The notes beneath the pieces were generated by a model that saw only the letters and a list, made by a program, of their open reading frames with translations, was not told the DNA's origin and did no database searches. Positions 37,906-51,852 of a stretch of DNA of 63,491 nt are shown here, piece by piece. How positions within the stretch are numbered: position 1 is the stretch's first letter; every line of letters starts with the position of its first letter. Source of the stretch: Octopus bimaculoides (taxonomy: Eukaryota). Where the stretch lies: the NCBI RefSeq assembly GCF_001194135.2, contig NC_069001.1, forward strand, positions 27,114,363 through 27,177,853. The letters run 5' to 3'. The translations under genes were made by a program, and so were the position numbers.

Positions 37906-40629
37906 TGTGAGCATTTGTGTGTCGATATGTATGTATGTGCATTATGTGTGCATTTCTGTATGTATGAGTTCTCTAAATTTCTACATATCACCTTTGTTTC
38001 CGTCTGAATGTGTCTTAGTATACAAATGAACATCAAACTTGAAACGCTGGTGCATTAACTATTATAGATAATATACTATATATTACACTCTACGCCTGTA
38101 TATATATATATACGTGTGTGTGTGTGTGTATAAGAAGAGTGAGTAAAAGAGAAGAGAGAAGTAGATGAAGGGAATCCTTTTAACTCTTTATCGAACTTTT
38201 GCCTGTTGATTTCAAATAGCTAAAACATTTGTTAATTAAATAGTCTCTCCAAATTACATTTACATGTTTCTTTTTCTTTTTTTTTTCCTCAACGGCTTCG
38301 CAACACTGCCGCGGACACTCTGTGTTCAGAATTGAGCTTTTTGCTCCACTGCCCTCGGTGCAATAATCTCATTAATAATAAATACATATAATTGTACATG
38401 TTTGTTTTATTTCAGTCAAAGTTAAACGATAACATCATTTCAACTTATATTCTGCTGTAATTTATTGCACAATAGCTGATGTTGTAAATATTCAATTGTT
38501 TACTGATTTTAACGTTCGGAAAATCAAACTTTATATTCTCTATTTTATATCCTATTAGTCTGGAACTCATTTCTAATATAATTTACCAACTGATAATTTA
38601 TATACTACAAATTGAACTTTGTGTAAATCTTTCATTCATATGTCCTTTAATCTATATTTTAATTTTGGTTTCAACAATCTGTTAAACACTGCTCTGTTTT
38701 AATTTAAATTACATTTATTGGGTTGCTAGTAGAATTATTTTACTCATTCTGTTGTTTGTAGTTTATGCCTCATTACGTTAAATCCAAAGTCTATGAAACT
38801 AAAGAACAAAACTCAATAGTAGATTTCAATGAATTATGAATATATTCTTTTGAAAATTCCTTATGAAATTTGTAGATAATGCTGATTATTACTTCTTTGG
38901 TGTACTAAGCGTTTAAATATAATTGATATCTTCAGTTGTTGCATTCTTCAGATAATATTACTATTGTATATGAAAGACTTTGATATCTGAAATATATAAA
39001 GTAAAGCGATAATCAATACTATTGTTTGATCTTAGAAAGCAAACACATCAATAATTTTCTACTCTCAGTGGATGTCTAGCCAAAAATGAATGTCTATTTA
39101 CTGGCCATTACTACCCGCTGTGGTAATGGTTCCGATTTCTGTGAGACTGAATGGATGAGAAGCAGATCATTCTCTTTGAGAGAATGCCAGTCGTTTGCAA
39201 GTAAATTTTCCCTACAGATAGCTTTAACTCTCCACTATCAGCTAACGAGTTACTCGATAATTTTAAAGTGCATCTACAGATTTAACATATTTGAAATGCA
39301 ATTATATCAATTTGTGTCTTTCCCTGCATTTATATGAATTTATATATTATTTAACAATTCCTACTGAAGTTTAATAAACTGACATCGTCAGAATATGAAA
39401 CACTGCTTTTCCTGTTTGTAGTTCACATAAATATAAACTTGGTAATTATGAATTTCAGCTTCCAAATATAACACCAACTAAATTACTGTTACTAGTCACA
39501 ACAATTTGAAATTGTGTAACTTGTATATACAGATTTACAGAAAGTTCATTGGTGATTCGATACGTTCAGTTGTTGCAAACGTGTTGAATCTAACGCCTCA
39601 GGAGTTAACCTATATCAATGATTGAGGTATTACATATTTTATCAAAACTCCGATAAGAGGCGCACAAGAGGTGATTTTATTATAGGTATAGTGGTCACCT
39701 CCTGTTGTTTGGGATTTTCTTGAGGGTGACTGGAGAGAACGTATGTGAGTGCAAGTGAGAAAGAACGAGTAACTGAGAAAGTGAGAAAAAGAGACAAAAT
39801 GAGAGGATGAACGTGTGGGTTGTTGACCGCGTACATCAAATAAAATACGCTGATTAATATTTTTTTTTCTTTTTTCGCTTAGAACGATAACATAAATTTC
39901 ACAATGAATGCATACTTCTCTTGTTATCGTATTATAAGATCATCTAAATTAATGAGGTAATGATTGAAGTAAAAAAAATCAACAAGTGAGCAGCTTAATC
40001 TCGGAAAACAGTAGCGGTTGAAAGAGTCTATCGAGAACCAATTTATTGAGAAGTTTTCATCTTGCAAACGTTACGATAACAACGATTATTGTATGGTGAA
40101 ATGACAATACATTTTCGCTTGTATTACGTTAAGGTAATCAGTGATCTGAAAGAATGCAAAATAACACTAAAATATAATTAAACGCCGTGATATTTTTTTT
40201 AAAATACTAAATATGCTAATTATTATGTATAAATTCGTCATCACTACATTAGCAATCACATAGGAGTCTATGCTTCGGTGTAGAGGTGTCTAATGAGATC
40301 AAGTTTGCATATGACGTCAAGGCCCATTACTTTCTCCGCAATCCGGGTACCTGGTGTGCAGGCACTTAAGAGTGATGAGCACATGTTAAATATAATTTCG
40401 CAGAATAAGGGAGAAATGTAAGAGGAAGGAAGAAAAAACATTAATACATAAACGCGCACATATACATATACGCCTTTGTGTCTGTATACACACACACACA
40501 CTCCTATATTTGTGTATACGTATATATTATTTAGGTCGAATCAGTCACTTGCTACGCTGAGTTTTACCTGTAGCGCACATGATCTTTATATATATATGTG
40601 TGTGTGTGTGTAGATAAGTAACAAGGACG

Positions 40630-40764
40630 TACAGGTGTAAATAAATTACGGCCATTTCAAGTGGGCCCATTGAATTGATCATTGAAAACATCAATTTCAA
40701 AGAATCCGCTCTCTTCCATTAAATGGAGCCACTTGAAACAGCCGTAATATAATTGACACCTATA
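40630..40764. mobile_element. Tc1/mariner-type MITE (diverged)
   Basis: tacaggtgtaaataaattacggccatttcaagtgggcccatt pairs with aatggagccacttgaaacagccgtaatataattgacacctata; TA at both ends. Confidence 0.75.
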
Positions 40765-40867
40765 AATCTTTGTTACCTATTTACATTCAGTTCACACAAC
40801 TTGGAGCTGTACGGACTATACCGAACTGGCAAGGCGCCTCAATTTAAATACTTAATTCAAATGAATC

Positions 40868-40907
<40 letters not shown>

Positions 40908-41568
40908 CAATGTAGCTACTTCTAAAATTTCTATAAGAGATGTATGTAGTAACAATACCAAAGAGTAATGTTTGTTGCCACTTCAACTTAGCTGTTCCGT
41001 ACGGAACTATTTTTTAACCCCGGGATGACACCTACAGCTGGTTAACGGTCCAATATATACATACACACCCAAACACACACACACATACATACATACATAT
41101 CTTGAGAGAGAGAAATGTAAATATACACGTGTATGTATTAGTATTTTGTTTATTCCTTTCACTTTTTGCTCTTATTCTGCGAAACAATATTTAATTTAAA
41201 TACTGAATCTTAAAATTACTTGATAAATTTAAGATGGTATAGGTCTCAATTACTGGCAATTCTATCCCACAAAAAACTGTGGACCATGTTTTGCAACATC
41301 TACGTTTGTGCAGGAGCGATTATAATTGACTGGGAAATTTCGGTCAAATACCAGTCTGAAATCCTACAATGCATTACATAGCATAGTCTTATGTATCTTG
41401 AACAGATCGATAATCAGCTTGGGTTTATACAATCACAGCTGCTCCTGGGTCACAAATAAGTATAGCAACAATAATCTTTCTCTTATAATCACAAGACCTG
41501 AATTCATAGGAGAGTGTTCTAGTCCATTACTTGGACTCTAGAGCTTAATTCGTCCTGATTTTATCCAG

Positions 41569-41615
<47 letters not shown>

Positions 41616-42151
41616 ACAGCAATGTTATTTAAGTTGCATAGCTTCTGCAGTAGGTCGTAAAATCTATGTTACTACGTTATAACCAACACTTCTGCTAGAC
41701 TGTGAGATAAAGACGCCAACGTTATAAAAATGTTTTAAGTGATGTTAGGTCTAACATATCATAAATTGAAACAATGTTTATGCTAGATTTTAAGGTAATT
41801 AACTATTTTGAATCTAATGAGTGTCGAAATTTCAAAATACAAATATCAATGCCTTTGGGAAAATACATCAGCTCAGTGACTAACAATTTGTAAATCATAT
41901 CATATTTATTTTGATTTGAGAGTTGTTAGGGCGTCGAATAGAATAAATTACGGTCTTTGTTCTGGTTCTCTGTGGTGTGAATTCGTAACTTGTCAAAGTT
42001 GATTTGAACTTTCATCCTACTTGAGTTGCTAAGAAAAAATACCAGTCGAGCATGATGGCTTAGTGGGATATTAGAGTCTCGGGAGTGAGGCTTGCGTTTC
42101 ATATGTACGCATACACATAAAAATACATAAGATACATAGATACACACACTA

Positions 42152-42308
42152 AGTGGCTGTGTGGTAAGTAGCTTGCTTACCAGCCACACGGTTCCGGGTT
42201 CATTCTCACTGCATGGCAGCTTAGGCAAGTGTCTTCTACTATAGCCTCGGGCCGACCAAAGCATTATGAGTGGATTTGGTAGACGGAAACTGAAAGCAGC
42301 CCGTCGTA

Positions 42309-42371
<63 letters not shown>

Positions 42372-42580
42372 ATGTGGTTGTGTGTCTATGTTTGTCCCCC
42401 CAACATCGCTTGACAATCGATAGTGATGTTTACGTCCCCCGTAACTTAGCGGTTCGGCATAAGAGACCGATAGAATAAGTACTAGGCGTCTAAAGAATAA
42501 GTCCTGGGGTCGATTTTCTCGACTAAAGGCGGTGCTCCAGCATGGCCGCAGTCAAATGACTGAAATAAGTAAAAGAGTGA
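42152..42580 (+). mobile_element. Family-A SINE, well preserved
   Basis: gtggctgtgtggtaagtagcttgcttacc...ggttccgggttc...gcggtgctccagcatggccgcagtcaaatgactgaaa. Confidence 0.88.
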
Positions 42581-42588
42581 AGAGAGAG

Positions 42589-42629
<41 letters not shown>

Positions 42630-42994
42630 TTGTATATTTAGCAGATGCAGAGAGCAAGGTTTTTTATTTAACTATTCAGCGGTTTACTGTTACTTGAAAT
42701 ATATAGCAACCTCAGATCAATTCGGAGGGTCCCAAACTAGTCTTTTGACACGTTTCATGCTTTATATGACGCTTCCATCGCGGCTAAGGGGGCAACCCAG
42801 TTTACTTTGCTTTCAGCTTTTAGCTTTGTTTCCGTTTCTCCGTTGACAGTCTTTCTGTAGAGTCGGAAGTCCAATAGATTTGTTGCTTCGTTGGACCCTC
42901 GGATGAGTTACGCGCAAGCAATTGCCACTGTAGCCCAACTATATTAGTAATATTTCGCCTCATTTTCGTCGTAGATGTTGTTAGTCTTACTAGA

Positions 42995-43215
42995 TGGTGA
43001 CGACGTTGATGATGAGGATGATGATGATGATGGCGGCGACAACGACGATGATCGTGGTGATGATGATGATGATGATGACGACGACGATGAAGACGACAAC
43101 GATGATGATGATCATCATCACTACCAACACCAATACCACCAAAAAGCTACTGTCATTTTCATTATCATCATCATCGTTGTCATCGTTATCATCATCATCA
43201 TCATCATTATCGTCA
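42995..43215. repeat. (GAT)n tract followed by (CAT)n tract
   Basis: Read directly; gives the spurious poly-D, poly-M and poly-S ORFs in the track. Confidence 0.9.
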
Positions 43216-43734
43216 TCCTTTTCCTTTCTTCATTCCTTATTATATAGTTCGTTGCATTTACCCAAACGAGAAGGAACAAATTGTCGACCACGAACACACT
43301 AAAATATTTGCTTGTATCATACGTAACACAGCCGTCAATTACTTTACCTATTCTTATTTTGCAATGGTGCAGAAAGGAAAATAATGATGAAATAGATTTG
43401 GAATTCTTATTTGAAATTTTACTGAAGTCTTTATATGTATTTTTAAGAGTTATTTTATCAAGAAATTATTCATCGTTGAGAATAATTTACTTCGATCTTT
43501 CACGTGGATTCAACTCAATGGGGAGGAAAATAATCGCAATCTGTTAAAGAGATTTCAGAAAATTTATCGTAAATATTAAAATGTATAAGCAATACAAGGT
43601 GTATTCATAAAAAAAATACCTGGGTAGACTAATTGACAGCTTAGAGGTTTTAGCTCAACAAATCCTATTAGTAGAGACATTAATATAATAGGAATATGAG
43701 AAACAAGGAAGAATGTAGCAAATAGACCACCGGT

Positions 43735-43797
<63 letters not shown>

Positions 43798-44261
43798 NNN
43801 NNNNNNNNNNNNNNNNNNNNNNNNNNNNNNNNNNNNNNNNNNNNNNNNNNNNNNNNNNNNNNNNNNNNNNNNNNNNNNNNNNNNNNNNNNNNNNNNNNNN
43901 NNNNNNNNNNNNNNNNNNNNNNNNNNNNNNNNNNNNNNNNNNNNNNNNNNNNNNNNNNNNNNNNNNNNNNNNNNNNNNNNNNNNNNNNNNNNNNNNNNNN
44001 NNNNNNNNNNNNNNNNNNNNNNNNNNNNNNNNNNNNNNNNNNNNNNNNNNNNNNNNNNNNNNNNNNNNNNNNNNNNNNNNNNNNNNNNNNNNNNNNNNNN
44101 NNNNNNNNNNNNNNNNNNNNNNNNNNNNNNNNNNNNNNNNNNNNNNNNNNNNNNNNNNNNNNNNNNNNNNNNNNNNNNNNNNNNNNNNNNNNNNNNNNNN
44201 NNNNNNNNNNNNNNNNNNNNNNNNNNNNNNNNNNNNNNNNNNNNNNNNNNNNNNNNCATAT

Positions 44262-44295
<34 letters not shown>

Positions 44296-44499
44296 TGTAG
44301 ACATATATATGCATATATTTGCATATAAATGTATTCATATATATATGTAGATATATATATATGTAAGTATATATATATGTATATATATATTTGAACATAT
44401 ATATACATGTATACATATATATATATATATGTATTTATATATGTATATAGGTGTGTATATATATGCTTATATGTATTTACATAGATATGTATATACATA

Positions 44500-44542
<43 letters not shown>

Positions 44543-44567
44543 ATATAATGTATATAAATATATTTGT

Positions 44568-44607
<40 letters not shown>

Positions 44608-45703
44608 GTATATATATGCATGCATGCATGTACGTATGTATGAATCTATGTAAGTATGCAAGAAATATTGGAAAATTACATGAAACTGTATGAAAGCTAA
44701 GATAATTATAATGAAATATATAATTAACTTGTGAAGCTATAATTGTGAAGGAGAATCGAAACTGAAGGACAACAATACATACGTTATATACTTAAGATGA
44801 TAATAATAATGAAAGAAGAAGAATTAAAACAAACAAGTCTTCTTTATCGAACGTCTTTATTAACCTAAAAGCAAAAAGAATGAAACAACAAAAAATACAC
44901 GAATTAGATTCTTGGGAATTGTTTCCATAACAACAGAGTAACAATAAGAAAATAAATAGATAAATAGACTAGTAAATAAACGTAAGATATAAGCAAAATG
45001 AAAGAAAATCAAATGATAGAAGTGACTAAAGAAAGTTGTTTCACACAGATGAAGTAATAAATCGGCGTTAGAGAAAAGATAATGACGGATTCTTGGCGAG
45101 TCAAGATGCTTTGGCAAGCGACGCAAAATAAATGATGTTCAATAAAGCTACCTGACACTGTCTAATGATATTTTACTGTTTCACGCAAGTGAAATCGAAG
45201 CGAACAGCTACAGAAATAAATAATATAATGCGTGTTTGAAGATATTTCAGTAAGGAAAAATACAATTTAATAGCACAGTGATATTTTGAGTTTAAGCTAT
45301 TTCGTAAAATATGCGTACACAATGCACCTACACACGTATATATGTCTGCGTGTTTGTGTGTGTTGGAATGTATATGTGTGCATATACATAAAGAAATGCA
45401 TGCACAAGCATACGTACACACACACAGATATATATATATATATGTATACACATGTATAGATACGATTATATACACATACACGCATATATCGTTTATTATA
45501 GCATATAGTAATAAATGTATTCAATGTCAATGCAATTCTGTATATGCATATGTAAATAAATGCATATATACATAAATACATACACGCCTGCATGCATACA
45601 TATACGCATACGTACATGCACACACATATATATATACATACAAACATAGATACATACATACATACATACATACATAAAACATACATATAGTGATAGATTG
45701 ATT

Positions 45704-45748
<45 letters not shown>

Positions 45749-46289
45749 AAATAAGACAAAGTAGAAAATGCTAAAATACTTTTATAAAAAACATTTCTGT
45801 ACCGGTTTCGTTCCTTGAGATCTTTTCAACAGTAATTATGGATGACAAATTTTGGAAAAATTAAATTTTAGCAAATTTAAATGAAAATTCTTGTTGAAAA
45901 CATATTTCTATAGTATTCAAATACCAGGGGTATTTTTTTGTTTTTGTTTCTGTCTGTCTCTGTTTCACTTGTTAACTCTTGTGGGTTCGAGGTCGTTGTG
46001 AAGGCAGACAGACAGACAGACAGAAAGAGATCAGTGCCCAGTATCAATAATTGTTATGCTATTACTGAGGAACCTGCTTAAGAACTTTTATTGAAGTGGA
46101 ATCTTTTCAGTGAGCGTCTATTCTACCCGCTCTTAATTTTGCAAGGTGCACAGTGTGTCTTGTCTACAAGGAACGCAAGGGAGCGAAAGCGTTTATATAA
46201 AGCCCTAACAAATCTGTGTTCATCTCTCTGAACAAGAATTTTGCTTCATATATGAGATTCTTCTTGTCGACGTGTGTCTAACAATAGAA

Positions 46290-46575
46290 AACACAGAGCG
46301 AGATGTCAAGAAAGCTACTCTCCGAGGCACAAGTCCAAGTAAGGTTGCTTTTGAAAGATCAGCAGTCGCCCATGCATACCAGCCTCGCCTCTCCACGCCA
46401 CCGATATTATCCAAGAGAAAGGCAAAAGGCGATACAGCTTGGTACCAGTGACATTGCAACTCATTTCTACAAAAATAAAGTGTCTTGTTCAAGAACATAG
46501 TACGCAGCCTGGTCCGGGAATCGAACTCACTACTTTATGATTATGAGACCGACGATCTAACCACTGAGGAATGCA
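46290..46575 (-). mobile_element. Family-C SINE, 3' module type 2
   Basis: Homologous to 35195-35510 and retains the head ccgggaatcgaactcac...ctaaccactga. Confidence 0.8.
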
Positions 46576-46591
46576 TACACAAAAATGCACG

Positions 46592-46631
<40 letters not shown>

Positions 46632-47661
46632 TTGGAATATCAGCTTATAAACGTCTCTCTCATCCCGAAGAAATTGTTTTATGAAAAATGTTTCCTCCAC
46701 ATAACATTTCAGACAGTGAACGGTGACTCGCGTAACGAGCCAGCAACAAAGGTTGGTGACAAGCTAGGCGTATCAACAGGAGACCGCCATTTACTGTCTA
46801 GCTTTCTCTCAGAGTACATAACTGCTCGAATTCGACGTGTCTTGTCTTGAAGTCGAGAAATTCCTGACCCAACGCCTAAATTAGAAATCTCTATAACAAC
46901 CATAGCCGTCGTCGTTGTTGGTGATGTCATCGTTGCAGCCTATTGATGACGCTGTCATTGCTGTTGCTGCTGCTGCTGCTGCTGTCATCGTCATTATACA
47001 CGTTATGAAATTTTAAAGTCAAATGAATAAACAGGAACATTACGGACATCCGTATCGTGATGAGGAAGCCGTTTTAGTGCAGCTGCATTTGTTGTTTTTG
47101 ATAAAAAGCTCTACATTTAATTTGAAGGGAAATGAATATAACTTGGCGGATCGGTAAAGTACTCAAAAATAATGTTGACAATACGCTTCATATCACCAAG
47201 TATTACAATATGAACTCCATCAAGTTACTAACCTTTCAATGGTTCCGTCTATTATTATATAGTGTTGTATTAAATATCTACATTATTTCTGATGTAATGT
47301 AAACACAAAATCTGTGAACATTTCTGAATGAAGCTGATTTGAGTGCGCATGTGCAGGGATATATTCCGACTTATTTAACCAGAAGTCTGTGTGGCAGTAT
47401 GCTTTGATACTTGACGAACGGCTGAGCTGTTGATTGAACAAATGGTTTTCTAGTGTAGTCTTACAAGGTTTAATTCAACTAGAGAAAAATAAATAAATAA
47501 CGTCAAGTGAATGAAAATAGCTCTCTCAAACGATGCCTCTCGTCTACTTCATGTCAGAATCCACTTGTAATTATTTTCGCTGCTAAAGGCTGAGTGTGTG
47601 AAAACAAACAAACAACAACAAAAACAATAATAATTATTATATTAATAATAATAACAACAAC

Positions 47662-48109
47662 CCTTTTTACTGGAAGCACAAAGCCTCAAATTTGGGGTAT
47701 GGGGTTATGTTAATTAAATCGACCCCACTGCGCAACTGGCACTTATTTAATTGACCCCGAAAGAATGAAAGGCAGAATTTGAACTCAGAACGTAGCGACA
47801 GACGAAATAGCGCCAAGCATTTCGCCCTGCGTGCTAACGATTCTGACAGCTCACCGTCTTAATAATAATAATAATAAGAAGAAGAATGGTTTCAGACTTT
47901 GGCACTAGGTCAGCAATTTCATGAGAGGGGGTTAAGGCGCTCACATCGACCCTAGTACGCAACTGCTACGTGCCGTATCGATCCCAAAAGGATGAAAAGC
48001 AAGGCCAACTTCGGGGGAATTTGATCTCAGAACATAAAGACGGGCGGAATGCCGCTAAGAATATTTGCCGGCGTGCTAAAGATCCAGCCATTTCGCCGCC
48101 TTAGTGATG

Positions 48110-48143
<34 letters not shown>

Positions 48144-48810
48144 TAATAATTCCTTCTAGTGGAATCCCAAGGCCTCAGATTTGGGGAAGGGTTTAAGTCG
48201 ATCACGTCGATCCCAGTGCGTAACTTGTACTTAATTTATCGACCCTGAATGGATGAAAAGCATAGTCGACCTCAGCAGTATTTGAACTCAGAATGTAAAG
48301 ATAGACGAAATGCCGCTGAGCATTTTGTCCAACGTCCTAACTATTCTGCCTGCTCACCGCCTTAATAATAATAGTAATAATATTAATAATAATAATAATT
48401 ATTATTATTATCATTATTATTATTATTATAGTAATAATAATAATAATGGTTTCAAATTTTGACACAAGGACAGCAATTTTAGGGGAAGGCAGTAGTCGTT
48501 TACATCGACGCTATTGTTTCAATTATATCGACCCCGAACGGATGAAGGGCAAAGTCGACCTCGACGGAATTTGAACTCAGTATGTAGCGATGGGCGAAAT
48601 ACTGCTAAGCATTTCATCCAGCGCGCTAACGGTTCTGCCAGATTGCCTCCTTAATACCATTAATAATAGTATTAGTAACTATTAGTAATTTAATCACATG
48701 ATCGGGAATTTAATAACGTCGACCCAACACCTCACTGGTACTGTATCGGCGCCAAAATGATGAAAGGCAGAATTGATTTCGGCAGGATTTGAACTCAGAA
48801 AATAAAGGCC
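47662..48810 (-). mobile_element. Tandem array of four complete and one partial family-B SINEs separated by (AAT)n
   Basis: Units at about 47662-47861, 47887-48103, 48150-48364, 48447-48652 and partial 48700-48810, each with gaatttga(a/t)ctcag...cc(g/t)cctta. Confidence 0.88.
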
Positions 48811-49536
48811 GGTACAAATTCAAGCAAATCTAACAAAACACTCTATGAGACACGATCTAAATGACTCGTTGCAGATATTTCCTCTCCACGCTGACGCTTT
48901 GCTAATAAGAATGATTTCTGTTACTTATTGCCGTTAAGACAGAAGTGAATGTACAAGGGAAATGCATACTAGGTGGGTGTAATCTGGGTGTGGAACCGTT
49001 AAACAGATTATATGCATGATTTAATGAAATGACTCTAGCGTGTTTCAGTCTCATTAGATATGATGTGTGTGTTTAAAGCAGAAATTACAGAAATATGTAT
49101 AATATACGATAGTTCTTATCTGGGACAATATGAGGAAAGGTTAATTCACATGAATGAAAAGACTGAGAGACAGACAGAAAGACAGACAGAGACAGACAGA
49201 AAGACAGACAGAGACAGGAACAGGGAAACAGAGACGGAGAGGTGGTGAGGCAAACCAAAGAATGGGGAAAAGTAATGAGAGTAAATACTAAAAGATACGT
49301 TAATATACGTATGTTTGGACGTTTGTGAGAGAGAAAGCTTGAGAATGAATTACGGGAATTTGTATTAGGCACACACGCGCGCACACATGCACATTCACAT
49401 TCACACACATACACACACACGCACACATATATATACACTCAAACACACCGATACACAATGACACGCACACATACACATGTACGTAACACAGAGTAAGAGA
49501 GAGGATTTGGAATAAGAAAACAGATAGATAGATAGA

Positions 49537-49576
<40 letters not shown>

Positions 49577-50379
49577 GTTGTAAGAGACCGTACAACAGGA
49601 AGAAGCAAGGAAGCTGAATGAATATTGTGAGACATTTACGAAATAAAGAAATGGTACGTGATTCGTTCCGGCGCCAAGCCTTATTTGATATGATTACACA
49701 AACTTTGTAATTCGACTTGGGAAATATGAGATTTTACTAGATGTTACTAGATATAACACACTTCGTGACTAATTAAGAGATCATTATTAGTATTTACGGA
49801 TTACTGCTGTGAAAAACAACATTGCTAATGTATGATAGTTGCACGCAACACTCTTACGATTTACACACGAGATAACAACCTCGTCTTGCAGACAAAGACT
49901 ATTGCAAACACAGAAATCAATACCCATCTGCTGTCTGTTAGTTTATTTCATGTTATCACGTAATACAATTTTTTTGTTAACACAACAAAATGATTTAAAT
50001 CTTTCAAATGTTATGAAAAAAAAAAAAAATCTTGTACTGACATTTTTCTTCGTTTCTAAGGATTTTTTTCCCCTTCCTTCCCTATTTGCGTCGTTCACAC
50101 CTACATGTAGTAATCCTCGAACGCATACACGTACACACGCGTGCGTATATGTATGTGAATAAGACTTGTATGCGTGTTTATATGTTAATGTGCGTGTGTG
50201 TGTCTGTGTGTGTGTGTGTGTTACATTAAAAATGAAATATCAAATACTTCATTCTTGGAAATTCAGTCACTACGAATGATTTCCTTTAAGGAAAATTACC
50301 CTTTTCTAATAGTACTGTTAGTATTTGCAGGAGCGATAACTGAGGATCCAAATTGGATTTATTAAACCCGTTGAACCTG

Positions 50380-50429
<50 letters not shown>

Positions 50430-50432
<3 letters not shown>

Positions 50433-50648
50433 ATTTTTTTATTGCCCACAAGGTGCTAAACATAGAGCGAACAAAGGGATTAAGTCGATTACATCAACCC
50501 CAGTGTGTAACTGGTACTTAATTTATCGACCCCAAAAGGATGATAGGCAAAGTCAACCTCGGCGGAATTTGAACTCAGAACGTAACGGCAGACGAAACAC
50601 CACGAAGCATTTCGCCCAGCGTGCTAACGTTTCTTATAGCTCGCCGCC

Positions 50649-50651
<3 letters not shown>
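50430..50651 (-). mobile_element. Family-B SINE inside an (ATCT)n tract
   Basis: ggcggaatttgaactcagaacgtaacggcagacgaaa...tcgccgcctta, flanked by (TATC)n on both sides. Confidence 0.85.
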
Positions 50652-50682
<31 letters not shown>

Positions 50683-51026
50683 GTTTATTTATTCATCTAT
50701 TTATCTCTTTGTGTATGACTGTCTCTCTATCATTGCGTGTGTGTATGTGTGTGTGCGGCGCGCGCACATGATAAGATCTTCGGGTTAATTTTCTCAGTTT
50801 GTATCAAAGGGAAAGAAAAATACGATATCCCACCCGAAATTAAAAGTATTTTAAAACTAAAACAATATCAACTAGATTATGGGTTACTCAGAAGAACCGT
50901 CCTAGGCTACCGCCACGGCCACAAGATGACTCAGGTGCTTAGCGCATACATTCCTCTTCGGACACCATCTTGGTCTTGACCACCAGATCGGCCTTAGTGT
51001 TGTTGTCAGAACGGTTTGTGTCTTAC

Positions 51027-51200
51027 TCAACTGCACCCTCTGTCAACCTGATCCCTAGTAATCCATGGGTTTAAAATCATTGGGATTAGAAAGACAGAAA
51101 GTGAGGCTAATGCAGTCGTAGAAGTTCCTCGACGACCACTTCTGACTCTCTCCGGATGTATATCAAGTAGCCAAATGCTGATGCCATACATATCAGAGCA
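51027..51200 (-). mobile_element. Possible decayed RTE 3' end
   Basis: WLLDIHPERVRSGRRGTSTT...ITRDQVDR resembles RTE C-terminal 'W.P..G.RS.GRP.TT...DR..W'. Confidence 0.3.
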
Positions 51201-51396
51201 AAAAGAAGGTAGAAAAATTCTTCTAAAAATACTCCCAATTCGCTGCTTTCGTTTATGCTTGTTGGCTAAAAGAATCCAATGAAATAAAAACAAGTAACTT
51301 TTAATTGACTAAACAGGGGTCGATTCACATCAACAACAGCACATTTCTATTTCTATCAATATCATTCTCACTTATAATGTTTATTATATTTTTCAG

Positions 51397-51549
51397 ACTG
51401 AAACTGCCCTTATGTACGATGCAGTTTACTTGTTTGCCAAAGCGTTGCATCAAGTAGCTGCAGCTCGTGATATCAATACAATGGCTCTATCTTGCACCAA
51501 ACAGAACACTTGGAATCATGGAAACAGCGTACTTAATTATATGAAAACG
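51397..51549 (+). CDS. GRIK2: Next GRIK-like ATD exon: TETALMYDAVYLFAKALHQVAAARDINTMALSCTKQNTWNHGNSVLNYMKT
   Basis: tttcag acceptor, gtgaga donor; 153 nt, phase 0-0. Matches GluK2 TDAALMYDAVHVV...SLQC...PWRFG.RFM.LIKE, with the conserved ATD cysteine and W-x-x-G. Not in the ORF track because it is short. Confidence 0.95.
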
Positions 51550-51793
51550 GTGAGATAGTTTATATGTATTTCATGTGACTGCATACTTTTCTTTCTAGTT
51601 TGCTCCGTATTTGAACTCATCTATTGCTACACATTTACAAATATACATACATACACAGTCTCTTACACCATCATATATGTGAACACACACACACACACAC
51701 ACACACATGCTTACATACATATATAAGTACATAAATACATATATGTATGTTTCCAACATTTTTCTTTCTTTATATTTTGTACTCATATGGAAC

Positions 51794-51852
<59 letters not shown>

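Noticed and set aside
39040-39337. hAT transposase C-terminal relic (RSFSL; RKIIDVFA)
   Set aside because: The suggestive motifs lie on opposite strands, consistent with chance.
42975-43302. Poly-Asp, poly-Met and poly-Ser ORFs, also at 6702-6908 and 31252-31497
   Set aside because: Triplet microsatellite translations without splice or homology support.
45795-45835. Minus-strand CTGTTGA...GAA-ACCGGT-A hammerhead-like motif near (TA)n
   Set aside because: Neither stem I nor stem II pairs; could be a distant relic but is unsupported.
47662-48810. CRISPR-like repeat-spacer array
   Set aside because: Eukaryotic DNA; the units are ~200-bp SINEs found dispersed elsewhere, the spacers are (AAT)n, and there are no cas genes.
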